A stretch of 43,579 nt of DNA from a virus: the IMG/VR virus record IMGVR_UViG_3300045988_049214. One strand, given 5' to 3'. How positions within the stretch are numbered: the first letter of the stretch is position 1; each line of letters starts with the position of its first letter. A program made the translations under genes and the position numbers. This document shows positions 26,346 to 34,212 of this stretch, one piece after another. The notes beneath the pieces are model-generated. The model was not told where the DNA came from. It made no database searches and saw nothing but the letters and a program-made list of their open reading frames with translations.

Positions 26346-27113
26346 ATGAGTAAGACGTTTAAACAGAAAGAATGGGGAACACTGCATGGAATTTCCATGG
26401 CTGCTTCTGGCTGTGGCCCTTGCAGTATTGCATCAATCGTTGCCAATCTGGTCAAGGACATTACCCCGAAAAAGGTTGCCGAGTGGCTCTACGCAAACGG
26501 CGATTTCTTTTCATCCGGTACGACCCGTGCCGGCGTAACTGCTGCTTTTGAACATTACGGCTTCGACGTCGTTGGATATTACAAACCAGAACATTCCGGC
26601 GGCACAATCTGGAAAAATGCAATGGCTAAGATGAAGTCATTAAAAGGCGACTGGTGGGCCGTGTTCCTGACGGTCGGAAAGGTGAACGGGGCGAAGGATA
26701 ATTTCTGGACATCCGGCGGCCATTACTTAGCCATCACAGACTACAAGGACGGGAAGCTCTATGTGCGTGATTCCGGGGCAAGAAACAACACCGGATATTT
26801 CAGCCCTGAAAAGCTCAGATATGATACCAACGTCATCTGGATTGTTCAGAAGAAATCAAGCAAAAAGGCTTATACAGGCGAGTTCCCGACTCTTCCATCA
26901 AAAGGCTATATCGGTGAAGGTGACACTGGATCAGAAGTTAAGAAGGTGCAGCTGTTTTTGAAATGGTACGGCACATACAAGGACAGAGTAGATGGAAAAT
27001 GCCTTGGAAGGACTGTGGCAGCCATTAAGGCGTTCCAGATTGCAGAGGGAGAGACAACTGATCTGAAATTCGGACCATCCTGCCTTAAGAAAGCAAAAAC
27101 TGTCAGAAAGTAA
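26346..27113 (+). CDS. Endolysin: papain-like/C39-like cysteine peptidase domain + C-terminal PG_binding_1 domain
   Basis: Catalytic-type Cys (SGCGPCS) and His (GGHYLAI). C-terminus GDTGSEVKKVQLFL...VDGKCLGRTVAAIKAFQ is a peptidoglycan-binding repeat. Confidence 0.8.
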   Translation: MSKTFKQKEWGTLHGISMAASGCGPCSIASIVANLVKDITPKKVAEWLYANGDFFSSGTTRAGVTAAFEHYGFDVVGYYKPEHSGGTIWKNAMAKMKSLKGDWWAVFLTVGKVNGAKDNFWTSGGHYLAITDYKDGKLYVRDSGARNNTGYFSPEKLRYDTNVIWIVQKKSSKKAYTGEFPTLPSKGYIGEGDTGSEVKKVQLFLKWYGTYKDRVDGKCLGRTVAAIKAFQIAEGETTDLKFGPSCLKKAKTVRK

Positions 27114-27121
27114 ACAAGAAT

Positions 27122-27274
27122 ATGAAAAAAGCAAAGGAAATGCTGCTAGAAGATGCATTATCTTCCGCTATTCATTCAGAGAAACGCAATATTCATTTAA
27201 AAAAGGCTCTTACTCTTTCAGCCTTTTTCAATATCGTGTGTATTGTATATTGTGCATTAAAAAAGCATGGATAG
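27122..27274 (+). CDS. Possible 50-aa membrane protein (below the ORF-track cutoff)
   Basis: ATG 27122 to TAG 27272-27274. C-terminal hydrophobic segment LTLSAFFNIVCIVYCAL. 8-nt overlap with the next gene. Confidence 0.3.
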   Translation: MKKAKEMLLEDALSSAIHSEKRNIHLKKALTLSAFFNIVCIVYCALKKHG

Positions 27275-27527
27275 AAGCCTGGTCAAATATTTCTGGGATT
27301 GCGGAGACAGTCAGATCATCGAATTTGCGATGATCCGGGCACGGCTGAACAGAAGAGAGAAAGAGGCTGTCAGCCTTCTTCTGGACGAATGTTACACACA
27401 GGAAAAGGCGGCAGAAGTGATGGACATTTCAGTTCGTAATGTTCAAAAAATCTGGTACAATGCCGCGGACAAGCTCCTGTCAATTCCTTGGGTTGTAGCC
27501 TATGCAAAAGAGTTAAAAAATAAATAA
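27267..27527 (+). CDS. Sigma-70 region-4-like / small HTH transcription regulator
   Basis: LNRREKEAVSLLLDECYTQEKAAEVMDISVRNVQKIWYNA resembles a region-4 HTH. Confidence 0.5.
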   Translation: MDRSLVKYFWDCGDSQIIEFAMIRARLNRREKEAVSLLLDECYTQEKAAEVMDISVRNVQKIWYNAADKLLSIPWVVAYAKELKNK

Positions 27528-27588
27528 TATGCGTAAATATAGCGTATCTGATTTGATCTGACCCCAAAAAGTTAGACAAATTTGAGAG

Positions 27589-28488
27589 CTAAGCTACAAG
27601 GGATTGAATCCTGTATTGTACAGGACTCAGTCCTTTTAGTTTGCTCTTTATTCGTTTGTTATTATAGTAATCTATATATTTTATTAGCTCTTCTTTAAAC
27701 TCGTTCATTGACTTAAATTTATTTAGGTATAGTAATTCCGATTTTAACAATCCAAAGAAGTTCTCCATTATCGAATTGTCCAAACAGTTTCCTTTTCTGG
27801 ACATACTTTGTCGAATCCCCTTTTCCCTTAAACGCATTTGATATTGCTTATGCTGATATTGCCAACCTTGATCACTATGAAATATTAGCCCTGTGTTATC
27901 AGGTATTTTCTCAAACGCCTGATCCAGCATGTCCATTACTTGACCTAAGACTGGACGCTCACTGATATTATAACTTATGATTTCACCGTTATACATATCT
28001 AAAATCGGTGAGAGATATATCTTGGTTCCGAATAAAGAAATTTCAGTAATGTCAGTTGTCCACTTCTGGTTAGGCGCAGTGGCAGAAAAGTCTCTTTGGA
28101 TGATATTGGGAGCAATCTTTCCCACTTCACCTTTGTATGAGCGATATTTTTTTATGCGAACCATACACTTAATTCCAAGCTCTTTCATCAAACGTTGAAC
28201 TGTTTTATGGTTGATACAATAACCTCTGTTCTGTAATTCGAGTGTGATCCTGCGATATCCATATCGTCCTCGATTTTCATGATAAATTGCATGTATTTCA
28301 TTTTTAATATTTGCATATTTATCAGGCTCTTTACTTTTTTTTACATAATAGTAATAAGTGCTTCTAGGCATATGAACCAATTCTAATAATGCTGTCAATT
28401 TATATTTTTGCCTTAGTTCTGATATAACAGCTACTCTGTCTTCTTCTCGGATTTTTCCCGCTCTTGAACTAAGGCGTTCAATTTTTTT
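27589..28488 (-). CDS. IS3-family transposase OrfB (DDE/rve domain), expressed as an OrfAB fusion by -1 frameshift
   Basis: HSDQGWQYQH and NCLDNSIMENFFGLLKSE motifs. The frame is open upstream to the slippery site and is -1 relative to orfA. Confidence 0.85.
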   Translation of the reverse strand, partial: KKIERLSSRAGKIREEDRVAVISELRQKYKLTALLELVHMPRSTYYYYVKKSKEPDKYANIKNEIHAIYHENRGRYGYRRITLELQNRGYCINHKTVQRLMKELGIKCMVRIKKYRSYKGEVGKIAPNIIQRDFSATAPNQKWTTDITEISLFGTKIYLSPILDMYNGEIISYNISERPVLGQVMDMLDQAFEKIPDNTGLIFHSDQGWQYQHKQYQMRLREKGIRQSMSRKGNCLDNSIMENFFGLLKSELLYLNKFKSMNEFKEELIKYIDYYNNKRIKSKLKGLSPVQYRIQSLVA

Positions 28489-28952
28489 AAATATTCGTTC
28501 TCCATCCGAAGCCGTTGTACTTCTGCAAGCAGATCTTCGTTTTTATCCGTATTTTTCTTAGCCGCAGGTGCTCGTTTGCTTCCCATTTTAGGTGCCCTTC
28601 CTCTTCTTTCCTCATACAAGGCATCTTTACCTTCCTCATAATAGATACGTTCCCATTTCGCCACTGATTCTTTGGAAGGAATGTTAAAATGTGCTGCTGT
28701 TTGCCGCAATGATGCACCTGTATTATGCATATATTCTACAACAGCAATCTTGAAATCTCCACTATAAGTTCCGCTGGTTGTACAAAGGCCGGACACACCA
28801 TGCTCTCTGTAAAGAGCAAGCCATTTTTGAATACAGGCTTTTGAAGGGATATGATATTCTCGAGCTAAACTGTTTAAACCGATATCCCCTTTTAGATATC
28901 GCTGAACAACTTCTAGCTTGAATTTTGTACTATACATTTTTCTTCCAGACAT
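28431..28952 (-). CDS. IS3-family transposase OrfA (HTH domains + leucine zipper)
   Basis: MSGRKMYSTKFKLEVVQRYL... start at 28952 after AAAGGGG. The track start at 28994 runs into the IR. Confidence 0.85.
   Translation of the reverse strand: MSGRKMYSTKFKLEVVQRYLKGDIGLNSLAREYHIPSKACIQKWLALYREHGVSGLCTTSGTYSGDFKIAVVEYMHNTGASLRQTAAHFNIPSKESVAKWERIYYEEGKDALYEERRGRAPKMGSKRAPAAKKNTDKNEDLLAEVQRLRMENEYLKKLNALVQEREKSEKKTE
28482..28488 (-). promoter_or_regulatory. Programmed -1 ribosomal frameshift site A_AAA_AAA of the IS
   Basis: Seven As in the orfA frame (L-K-K). The -1 frame continues KKIERLSSRAGKIREEDRVAVISELRQKY... into orfB. Confidence 0.75.
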
Positions 28953-29032
28953 AGAAATAACCCCTTTCATTAGACTTACATTTTTGTCTAACAAAAGGGG
29001 TTCACTTCAATTCGTGGGATACGCTATATTTT

Positions 29033-29056
29033 TTTGCTTAAATATACAGTAGAAAG
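29033..29056 (+). promoter_or_regulatory. Split/degenerate copy 4 of the conserved motif (TTTGC...ACAGTAGAAAG)
   Basis: The 11-mer ACAGTAGAAAG (29046-29056) is identical to 5184-5194. A TTTGC is present 8 nt upstream. Confidence 0.35.
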
Positions 29057-29060
29057 GGGG

Positions 29061-29453
29061 ATGCCGATGTATAAGCGATACAACCCCAATCCGATAGCAG
29101 CGAGAGTCGGCGACTGTACAGTTCGGGCAATCAGTAAGGCGACAGATCAGAGTTGGCAATACACTTATGTGCAGCTGTGCTTGTACGGTCTGTTAATGTC
29201 CGATATGCCGTCAGCCAACAGTGTATGGGGCGCATATCTGTTAGATATAGGCTTTTCAAGGAATATGGTTCCAGACGTACACGGTAAGATATATACCGTC
29301 TCAGATTTCGCTAGAGATCATCAGGAAGGCATTTACATATTAGCCTTGTCCGGGCATGTAGTGGCACTAGTCAACGGCGATTGGTACGACACATGGGATT
29401 CCGGGCAAGAAATCCCGTTGTATTATTGGCATAAAAAGGAGGAGAGCGCATGA
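29061..29453 (+). CDS. Conserved hypothetical protein with a papain-like Cys/His/Asp signature
   Basis: RVGDCTVRAIS (Cys), SGHVVALV (His), DTWDSG (Asp); AAAGGGGG RBS. Confidence 0.5.
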   Translation: MPMYKRYNPNPIAARVGDCTVRAISKATDQSWQYTYVQLCLYGLLMSDMPSANSVWGAYLLDIGFSRNMVPDVHGKIYTVSDFARDHQEGIYILALSGHVVALVNGDWYDTWDSGQEIPLYYWHKKEESA

Positions 29454-29908
29454 ATTACCCTTACGGAAACATGAACAACTATCAGCAGTATCCGCAGTTT
29501 GGTGTGGGTTATAACCCACCTGTTCCAGATCAGCTGAGTCAGCTTCGGATGCAGAACGCATTCAACCAGATGAATCAACCGGTTCAGCAGCAGCCGACCA
29601 ATCAAGATGAACGAATCTGGGTACAGGGAGAGGGAGCAGCGCAGGCTTATCTAGTAGCACCGAACGGATTTGTTCGATTGTGGGACAGCACTGCCCCGGT
29701 ATTCTACGAAAAGAGAGCCGATCAGACGGGGAAGCCGTATATGGAAGTGTTCGAATACACCCGAAAAGGTGCACAGACTCCGAATCCAGAGCCTAAACGG
29801 ACGGATGCGGATAATGTTATAGAAAAGCAAATCAAATCACTAGAAGAGCGCGTCGGCGTTCTTGAAAAGAGAGGAGCGATGACAAATGATGCAGCAGATT
29901 CCGAATAA
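29450..29908 (+). CDS. Hypothetical protein with a Q/N/P-rich N-terminus and a conserved globular C-domain
   Basis: Residues 1-50 are strongly Q/N/Y/P biased, followed by ERIWVQGEGAAQAYLVAPNGFVRLWD. Confidence 0.55.
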   Translation: MNYPYGNMNNYQQYPQFGVGYNPPVPDQLSQLRMQNAFNQMNQPVQQQPTNQDERIWVQGEGAAQAYLVAPNGFVRLWDSTAPVFYEKRADQTGKPYMEVFEYTRKGAQTPNPEPKRTDADNVIEKQIKSLEERVGVLEKRGAMTNDAADSE

Positions 29909-30083
29909 TCCAATGCAGATGATACAGCAGTTCAATCAGTTCAAAAACTCTTTCACGGGAGACCCGAAGCAGGCGGTTATGAACCTTTTGCAAAGTGGTC
30001 AAATGAATCAGGATCAGTTGAATCAGCTACAGTCGATGGCAAAGCAGTTCCAAAGCCTCATCGGAGGGAATGAGCATAAATGA
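29886..30083 (+). CDS. Small Q/N-rich hypothetical protein
   Basis: 65 aa, about 35 percent Q+N; GAGAGGAG RBS. Confidence 0.5.
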   Translation: MMQQIPNNPMQMIQQFNQFKNSFTGDPKQAVMNLLQSGQMNQDQLNQLQSMAKQFQSLIGGNEHK

Positions 30084-30130
30084 AAAAATCATGGCCAATG
30101 GTTTAATAGATAAAAAAGGAGTGTGTTTGA

Positions 30131-30886
30131 ATGAGCTTAACAACAAGTGAAATGACCCCTGCCGACTTTGCGGCGGTGACGGGCAATAACAACAATGGAA
30201 CATGGGGAGACGGTGGCGCGTGGTGGATTATTATCCTTTTCCTTTTCGTTTTCTGCGGATGGGGCGGCAACGGCTTCGGAGGCAACAGAAACGGTGGCGG
30301 AGTAGTAGACGGATACGTCCTGGCATCCGACTTCGCGAACATTGAAAGAAAGATTGACAGCGTCAATAATGGCTTGTGCGACGGATTCTACGGACAGGCT
30401 CAGCTTGTGAACGGGGTACAGCAGAATTTGAGCAACGGCTTCATGTCTGCTGAGATTTCAAGAGCCAATCAGCAGGCCGGATTAATGCAGCAGCTTAATG
30501 CTATGCAGATGCAGCAGGCTAATTGCTGCTGTGAGACAAGAGAAGCTATTCAGGGCGTGAACTACAACTTTGCACAGCAGTCTTGCGAGACACGACAGAG
30601 TGTCAATACAGCCGCAAGAGATATCATCGACAATCAGAACGCCAATGCAAGAGCCATTCTAGATGCTATGACCGCACAGAGAATCGAAGCGAAGGATGCG
30701 AAGATTGCAGAGCAGAGCCAGCAGCTTTTTGCAGCACAGCTTGCAGCAAGTCAGGCGGCTCAGAATGATACGCTTAAAGCGTACATGACAGGCCAGTTTG
30801 CTTACTACAATCCAAGACCTGTTCCGGCATTCCCAGTTCCGGCACCTTATCAGTACGGCAACTGCGGCACAGGCTGCGGATGCTAA
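30131..30886 (+). CDS. Membrane protein with a Gly/Asn-rich N-terminus, one TM helix, a Q-rich coiled region with CETR motifs and a Cys-rich tail
   Basis: WWIIILFLFVFCGWGG is a TM helix. Two CETR(E/Q) motifs. C-terminus YGNCGTGCGC. AAGGAG RBS. Confidence 0.6.
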   Translation: MSLTTSEMTPADFAAVTGNNNNGTWGDGGAWWIIILFLFVFCGWGGNGFGGNRNGGGVVDGYVLASDFANIERKIDSVNNGLCDGFYGQAQLVNGVQQNLSNGFMSAEISRANQQAGLMQQLNAMQMQQANCCCETREAIQGVNYNFAQQSCETRQSVNTAARDIIDNQNANARAILDAMTAQRIEAKDAKIAEQSQQLFAAQLAASQAAQNDTLKAYMTGQFAYYNPRPVPAFPVPAPYQYGNCGTGCGC

Positions 30887-30955
30887 TTGAATAATGACAT
30901 AAGGCAGCTTGTCGCATATCGACATGGTCAGCACTCCTCCGCTGATACTGCTTAG

Positions 30956-30988
30956 GTGGCGGGGTGTTGCCCTGCCACTTTTTATTTA
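30956..30988 (+). terminator. Rho-independent terminator
   Basis: GTGGCGGGG / CCCTGCCAC stem followed by TTTTTATTT. Confidence 0.65.
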
Positions 30989-31003
30989 AAGGAGCGTGAA
31001 AAA

Positions 31004-31426
31004 ATGGCAGAATATACAAATTCTAATACAGTTCTAGTCGCCGCTGGCCAGAACCTTCCTCTTACAGAGACAGCGGTCAAAGGTGGATGCGGCATTATTC
31101 ACAGAGAGGGTGCCGGCATCGTAACACTAAGAGGCACGACGAATCAGTGTAAGGCCCGCTATAGAGTCAGCTTTGGAGGCAATATCGCTATACCTACAGG
31201 CGGCACAGTTGAAGCTATCTCCGTGGCTCTTGCGATTGACGGGGAGCCTCTTAATTCAGCAACTGCGATCGTCACACCGGCTGCGGTAGAAAACTTTTTC
31301 AACGTCTATGTTGCAGCTTATATCGACGTCCCTAGAGGATGCTGCGTGACGGTTGCGCTTGAAAATACATCTACAGAGGCTATTAATATCAGCAACGCAA
31401 ACATGATCGTTGAACGTGTTGCGTAA
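31004..31426 (+). CDS. BclA-C-terminal-domain-like / TNF-C1q-like jelly-roll protein
   Basis: Beta-rich 140 aa. Pattern ...VLVAAGQNLPL...GIVTL..G.Y.V.F...ALAIDGEPL...INISNANMIVERVA resembles exosporium BclA CTD-type domains. Confidence 0.4.
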   Translation: MAEYTNSNTVLVAAGQNLPLTETAVKGGCGIIHREGAGIVTLRGTTNQCKARYRVSFGGNIAIPTGGTVEAISVALAIDGEPLNSATAIVTPAAVENFFNVYVAAYIDVPRGCCVTVALENTSTEAINISNANMIVERVA

Positions 31427-31440
31427 CGGAGGTGTGAAGA

Positions 31441-31857
31441 ATGAACAAAAATACATTGTATGATTTGAAAGAAATGCTCTGCAAAGAGCTTGATGAGATT
31501 GCGAAGAAGGGCGAAATGAGTGCCGGAGACCTTGAGACAGTGCATAAGCTTACTGATACCGTCAAGAACATTGAAAAAATCATGTACATCGACGACAACG
31601 GTTATTCGATGGACGGCGATTGGAGAGCATCCGGCACGTATGCCCGTGATGGAATGCGAATGGACGACCGAGGCATGAGTTATGCGAACAGAGGACGTCA
31701 CTATGTTCGAGGCCATTATTCCAGGGGAGACGGACGAGAAATGAGTAGATGTCGTGACTATCTTTCTGATCAGATCAGAGATATGATGGACCGTGACGAT
31801 CTCTCTCAGACGGATAGAGCGTCGCTTAAAAGGGCACTGGAAGAATTACAGGGATAG
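31441..31857 (+). CDS. Hypothetical charged protein (R/D/G/Y-rich centre)
   Basis: ORF with a GGAGGTG RBS. Confidence 0.5.
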   Translation: MNKNTLYDLKEMLCKELDEIAKKGEMSAGDLETVHKLTDTVKNIEKIMYIDDNGYSMDGDWRASGTYARDGMRMDDRGMSYANRGRHYVRGHYSRGDGREMSRCRDYLSDQIRDMMDRDDLSQTDRASLKRALEELQG

Positions 31858-31860
31858 GCG

Positions 31861-32217
31861 GTGAAAGGCGTGGATTTGAACGAGATTAATGCTGAGATTG
31901 CGAAGCTTGAAGCGGGCGGCACAAATTATGCAGTCTGCGAAAAACTGGCGTGCCTCTATACGGTCCGTGACGGGCTTCAGAATGGAAGAGAGCCGGAACA
32001 GACAAGGAATATAGACGAATACAGCTATGCTTCAAATCCGCGCCAGATAGTCGCAGACGAGCCTCAGAGCGAATTCTCTCAGGCAGCTTACAGTGTGCCT
32101 GTAGATGCGCTTATATCCGTCATGAATGAACACATGGAAGCGATACGGGCCATCTATCCGAAAGAATACAGCGCCATTGTTGAGCGCCTGAAAAACGAAA
32201 GAAGGGCGGGAGATTAG
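31861..32217 (+). CDS. Hypothetical protein
   Basis: GTG start 4 nt after the upstream stop; last gene of the + cargo block. Confidence 0.45.
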   Translation: MKGVDLNEINAEIAKLEAGGTNYAVCEKLACLYTVRDGLQNGREPEQTRNIDEYSYASNPRQIVADEPQSEFSQAAYSVPVDALISVMNEHMEAIRAIYPKEYSAIVERLKNERRAGD

Positions 32218-32230
32218 TCCCGTCCTTTTT
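32204..32230. terminator. Terminator hairpin between convergent genes
   Basis: GGGCGGGA-GATTAG-TCCCGTCC followed by TTTTT on the + strand; T-rich on the other side as well. Confidence 0.65.
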
Positions 32231-32237
32231 ATAGTTG

Positions 32238-32594
32238 TTAAGCCCTAACAGCCTCTCGCATAAGCTTCCATACACCCTGAGTCATTACTTCTATAAGTTC
32301 GCCGTTTGATTCCTCAAGCTGGTTATATCCCTCTTCGAAAGAATCTAAAAGACTGTCCACGAAATTCTGATCGGAGTAACTGAGAGTTTTATAATCCACC
32401 AGTTCCCCGTCGTGGTAAATCTCGATCACTTTCGAAGGGTCGATATAGTATTCTTCGCCTTCAAATTCTTCTCCTTCCCCATAAGTTTCTCTTTTAACAA
32501 GTTTGCTGTAATCAACCGGTTTTTCGGGTTCCAGTTCTTCGGACATTCTTTTTAATGCCCCAATCATTTTGTCATCTATTTGCATCTCTGCCAT
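32238..32594 (-). CDS. Hypothetical strongly acidic protein (mini-operon 2, second gene)
   Basis: 118 aa, D/E-rich; coupled 2 nt after the upstream gene. Confidence 0.55.
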   Translation of the reverse strand: MAEMQIDDKMIGALKRMSEELEPEKPVDYSKLVKRETYGEGEEFEGEEYYIDPSKVIEIYHDGELVDYKTLSYSDQNFVDSLLDSFEEGYNQLEESNGELIEVMTQGVWKLMREAVRA

Positions 32595-32596
32595 TT

Positions 32597-32794
32597 TTAT
32601 TCCTCCTCTATATTTCTATATTCTGTGATGAAGTTTTTTTCATCACATTCAGAAAGTATGCCACTAGGTACATACTTCCATTCCTTTGTATACGGAAGTT
32701 TAGCTCCTCCAAAGTAAGCTTCCGTAACAATTCCGCATCCGACCGCTTCTGGATCATTAACAGCTGTCGTCCTAATTTCGTATTTCATCTTCAT
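32597..32794 (-). CDS. Hypothetical 65-aa protein (mini-operon 2, first gene)
   Basis: AAGGAGGAAA RBS downstream of promoter copy A. Confidence 0.55.
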   Translation of the reverse strand: MKMKYEIRTTAVNDPEAVGCGIVTEAYFGGAKLPYTKEWKYVPSGILSECDEKNFITEYRNIEEE

Positions 32795-32805
32795 TTCCTC
32801 CTTGA

Positions 32806-32862
32806 ATGTTGTCTTCTTTAACTGTCTTTATTATAGCATAGTGGACACCACTAGTCAAGGGG
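32806..32862 (-). promoter_or_regulatory. 57-bp promoter/operator repeat, copy A: TTGACT-N17-TATAAT with TG extension; palindrome TAGTGG-N3-CCACTA in the spacer
   Basis: -35 at 32853-32858 and -10 at 32830-32835 (minus strand). 55/57 identical to 34213-34269. Confidence 0.8.
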
Positions 32863-33045
32863 GTTTGTGTCCTTTTCTATTATTATTTTACCCTCATCTA
32901 AGGTCATCAAAACGCCTCTGTCTTCTTCGGTGATCCCAAGTGCCCTTATCATATCCACTGGGATGGAAACGCGGTAGTTTTTTGTGCCTTTGCCGGATGT
33001 CCCTCCGGCTTTATTTATCATTATATTCCTATTCACCTGTACCAT
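32851..33045 (-). CDS. AbrB/MazE/SpoVT-type small DNA-binding protein
   Basis: YRVSIPVDMIRALGITEEDRGVLMTLDEGKIIIEK is a looped-hinge-helix signature. Confidence 0.65.
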   Translation of the reverse strand: MVQVNRNIMINKAGGTSGKGTKNYRVSIPVDMIRALGITEEDRGVLMTLDEGKIIIEKDTNPLD

Positions 33046-33889
33046 TTTCCTGCTCCTTATTTATTTTTTCTATAATTATTTTGTTGTCTTCCATTTTCAG
33101 GACAACTTCCCGATCATCAAACGTTATTCCCAGTTTCTTGACCATTCGTGACGGTAGGCTTAATTTGTATTGATATGATGTTTTTGATTTGTCAAACATA
33201 ACTGTTCTTTTTTCAACCATCATTTCACCCTCGTGCTTGTCCAGTATCGGAGCAAACATTTCTTCTTCTGCGGCTTTTCTGGCTTTGGCAGCATCTTCTA
33301 TATTGTCATATCGCCCCAGACGGTAATTTTTTCCCTGAAATCCAATTTGAGCAGTCCATTTTTCACGTGAACTGTCCCAGAACACCCCTTTTACGCCGGA
33401 GGTATTATTTCTTAACATTGTATCGGACAGTCCCATAAGTCGGGTGCTGTCCACACAATCTTTTTTCTCAAATCTTTTGAGATTTTTAACGCCGATCGTT
33501 TTGCCGTGTTCTTTAAGCATACATCCGCAACTTTTTATTTCTCCGGAAATAAGTTTCGAAGCCACAACCTCTGTCATATTGCCACAGTCACAACGACATT
33601 TCCAGACTACTTCGCCGTTTTTTCTTTCTTTGAGCGGTTCAAGTGCAACAAGCCTTCCGGAACGTTGACCTTTTATTTCTGCCGGTTTAAAACGAGTCTG
33701 TTTGTTTAAACACCCACAACTTTTGACGTTGGGATTGTCGAGTGTGTCTTTTCTTATCCACCTTTGTTTATGACAGATGGGACATTCTATAAATACGTAA
33801 CCTCTGCCGTTTTCCCTTTTGGCCTGGATTACCTTAAAACCTTTGTATTCTGTACCAACCAATTCGTTGATACTCTCAACCATTTTCAT
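33029..33889 (-). CDS. Multidomain DNA-binding protein: two Zn-ribbon-like repeats + AP2 domain + C-terminal AbrB-like domain
   Basis: CPICHK...KSCGC and CRCDCGN...KSCGC are Zn-ribbon-like. SGVKGVFWDSSREKWTAQIGFQGKNYRLGRYDNIEDAAKARKAAE is AP2. YKLSLPSRMVKKLGITFDDREVVLKMEDNKIIIEK is AbrB-like. ATG 33889 follows AGGAGGA. Confidence 0.65.
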   Translation of the reverse strand: MKMVESINELVGTEYKGFKVIQAKRENGRGYVFIECPICHKQRWIRKDTLDNPNVKSCGCLNKQTRFKPAEIKGQRSGRLVALEPLKERKNGEVVWKCRCDCGNMTEVVASKLISGEIKSCGCMLKEHGKTIGVKNLKRFEKKDCVDSTRLMGLSDTMLRNNTSGVKGVFWDSSREKWTAQIGFQGKNYRLGRYDNIEDAAKARKAAEEEMFAPILDKHEGEMMVEKRTVMFDKSKTSYQYKLSLPSRMVKKLGITFDDREVVLKMEDNKIIIEKINKEQENGTGE

Positions 33890-33916
33890 TTTTTTGATCC
33901 TCCTAGCATTCACAAA

Positions 33917-34186
33917 CTAGTATTCACAAACGTCAGCAACTTTTAAGATGAAGGCGGCTGAATCTTCGTCTTCACCATCAATAGTAATTTCAAAGCTGAT
34001 TCTGATTTCAGCTACATCTGTATCACAAGCTGTATAGTATACACATTTATCAGCTTTGATATCATCCGTTGCACCATCATCAAGAACAGAGTAGTAACCA
34101 TTCTCGACCATGTAAGAATCAAGTTCTGTAAAATACATTTCCTTATTTACAAGTGCCTTTTTGATTTCGTTTGCTAATGTTTTCAT
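33917..34186 (-). CDS. Hypothetical acidic 89-aa protein (mini-operon 1, first gene)
   Basis: AAGGAGAT RBS downstream of promoter copy B. Confidence 0.55.
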   Translation of the reverse strand: MKTLANEIKKALVNKEMYFTELDSYMVENGYYSVLDDGATDDIKADKCVYYTACDTDVAEIRISFEITIDGEDEDSAAFILKVADVCEY

Positions 34187-34212
34187 ATTTCATATCTCCT
34201 TTTTTAATTGGT

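Larger units (their letters stand above)
27535..29031 (-). mobile_element. IS3-family (IS150-group-like) insertion sequence; inner TGA...TCA termini at 27559/29004, inverted-repeat similarity extends out to 27535/29031
   Basis: orfA and orfB with an A7 -1 slippery site. IR: TGACCCCAAAAAGTTAGACAAA versus TGAACCCCTTTTGTTAGACAAA (reverse complement). Outer IR: AAATATAGCGTATC / GATACGCTATATTT. Confidence 0.85.

Noticed and set aside
28487-28717. 76-aa alternative-frame ORF inside the IS, and 27977-28198 on the + strand
   Set aside because: Both lie inside the transposase coding region. The standard IS3 orfA/orfB architecture explains the locus.
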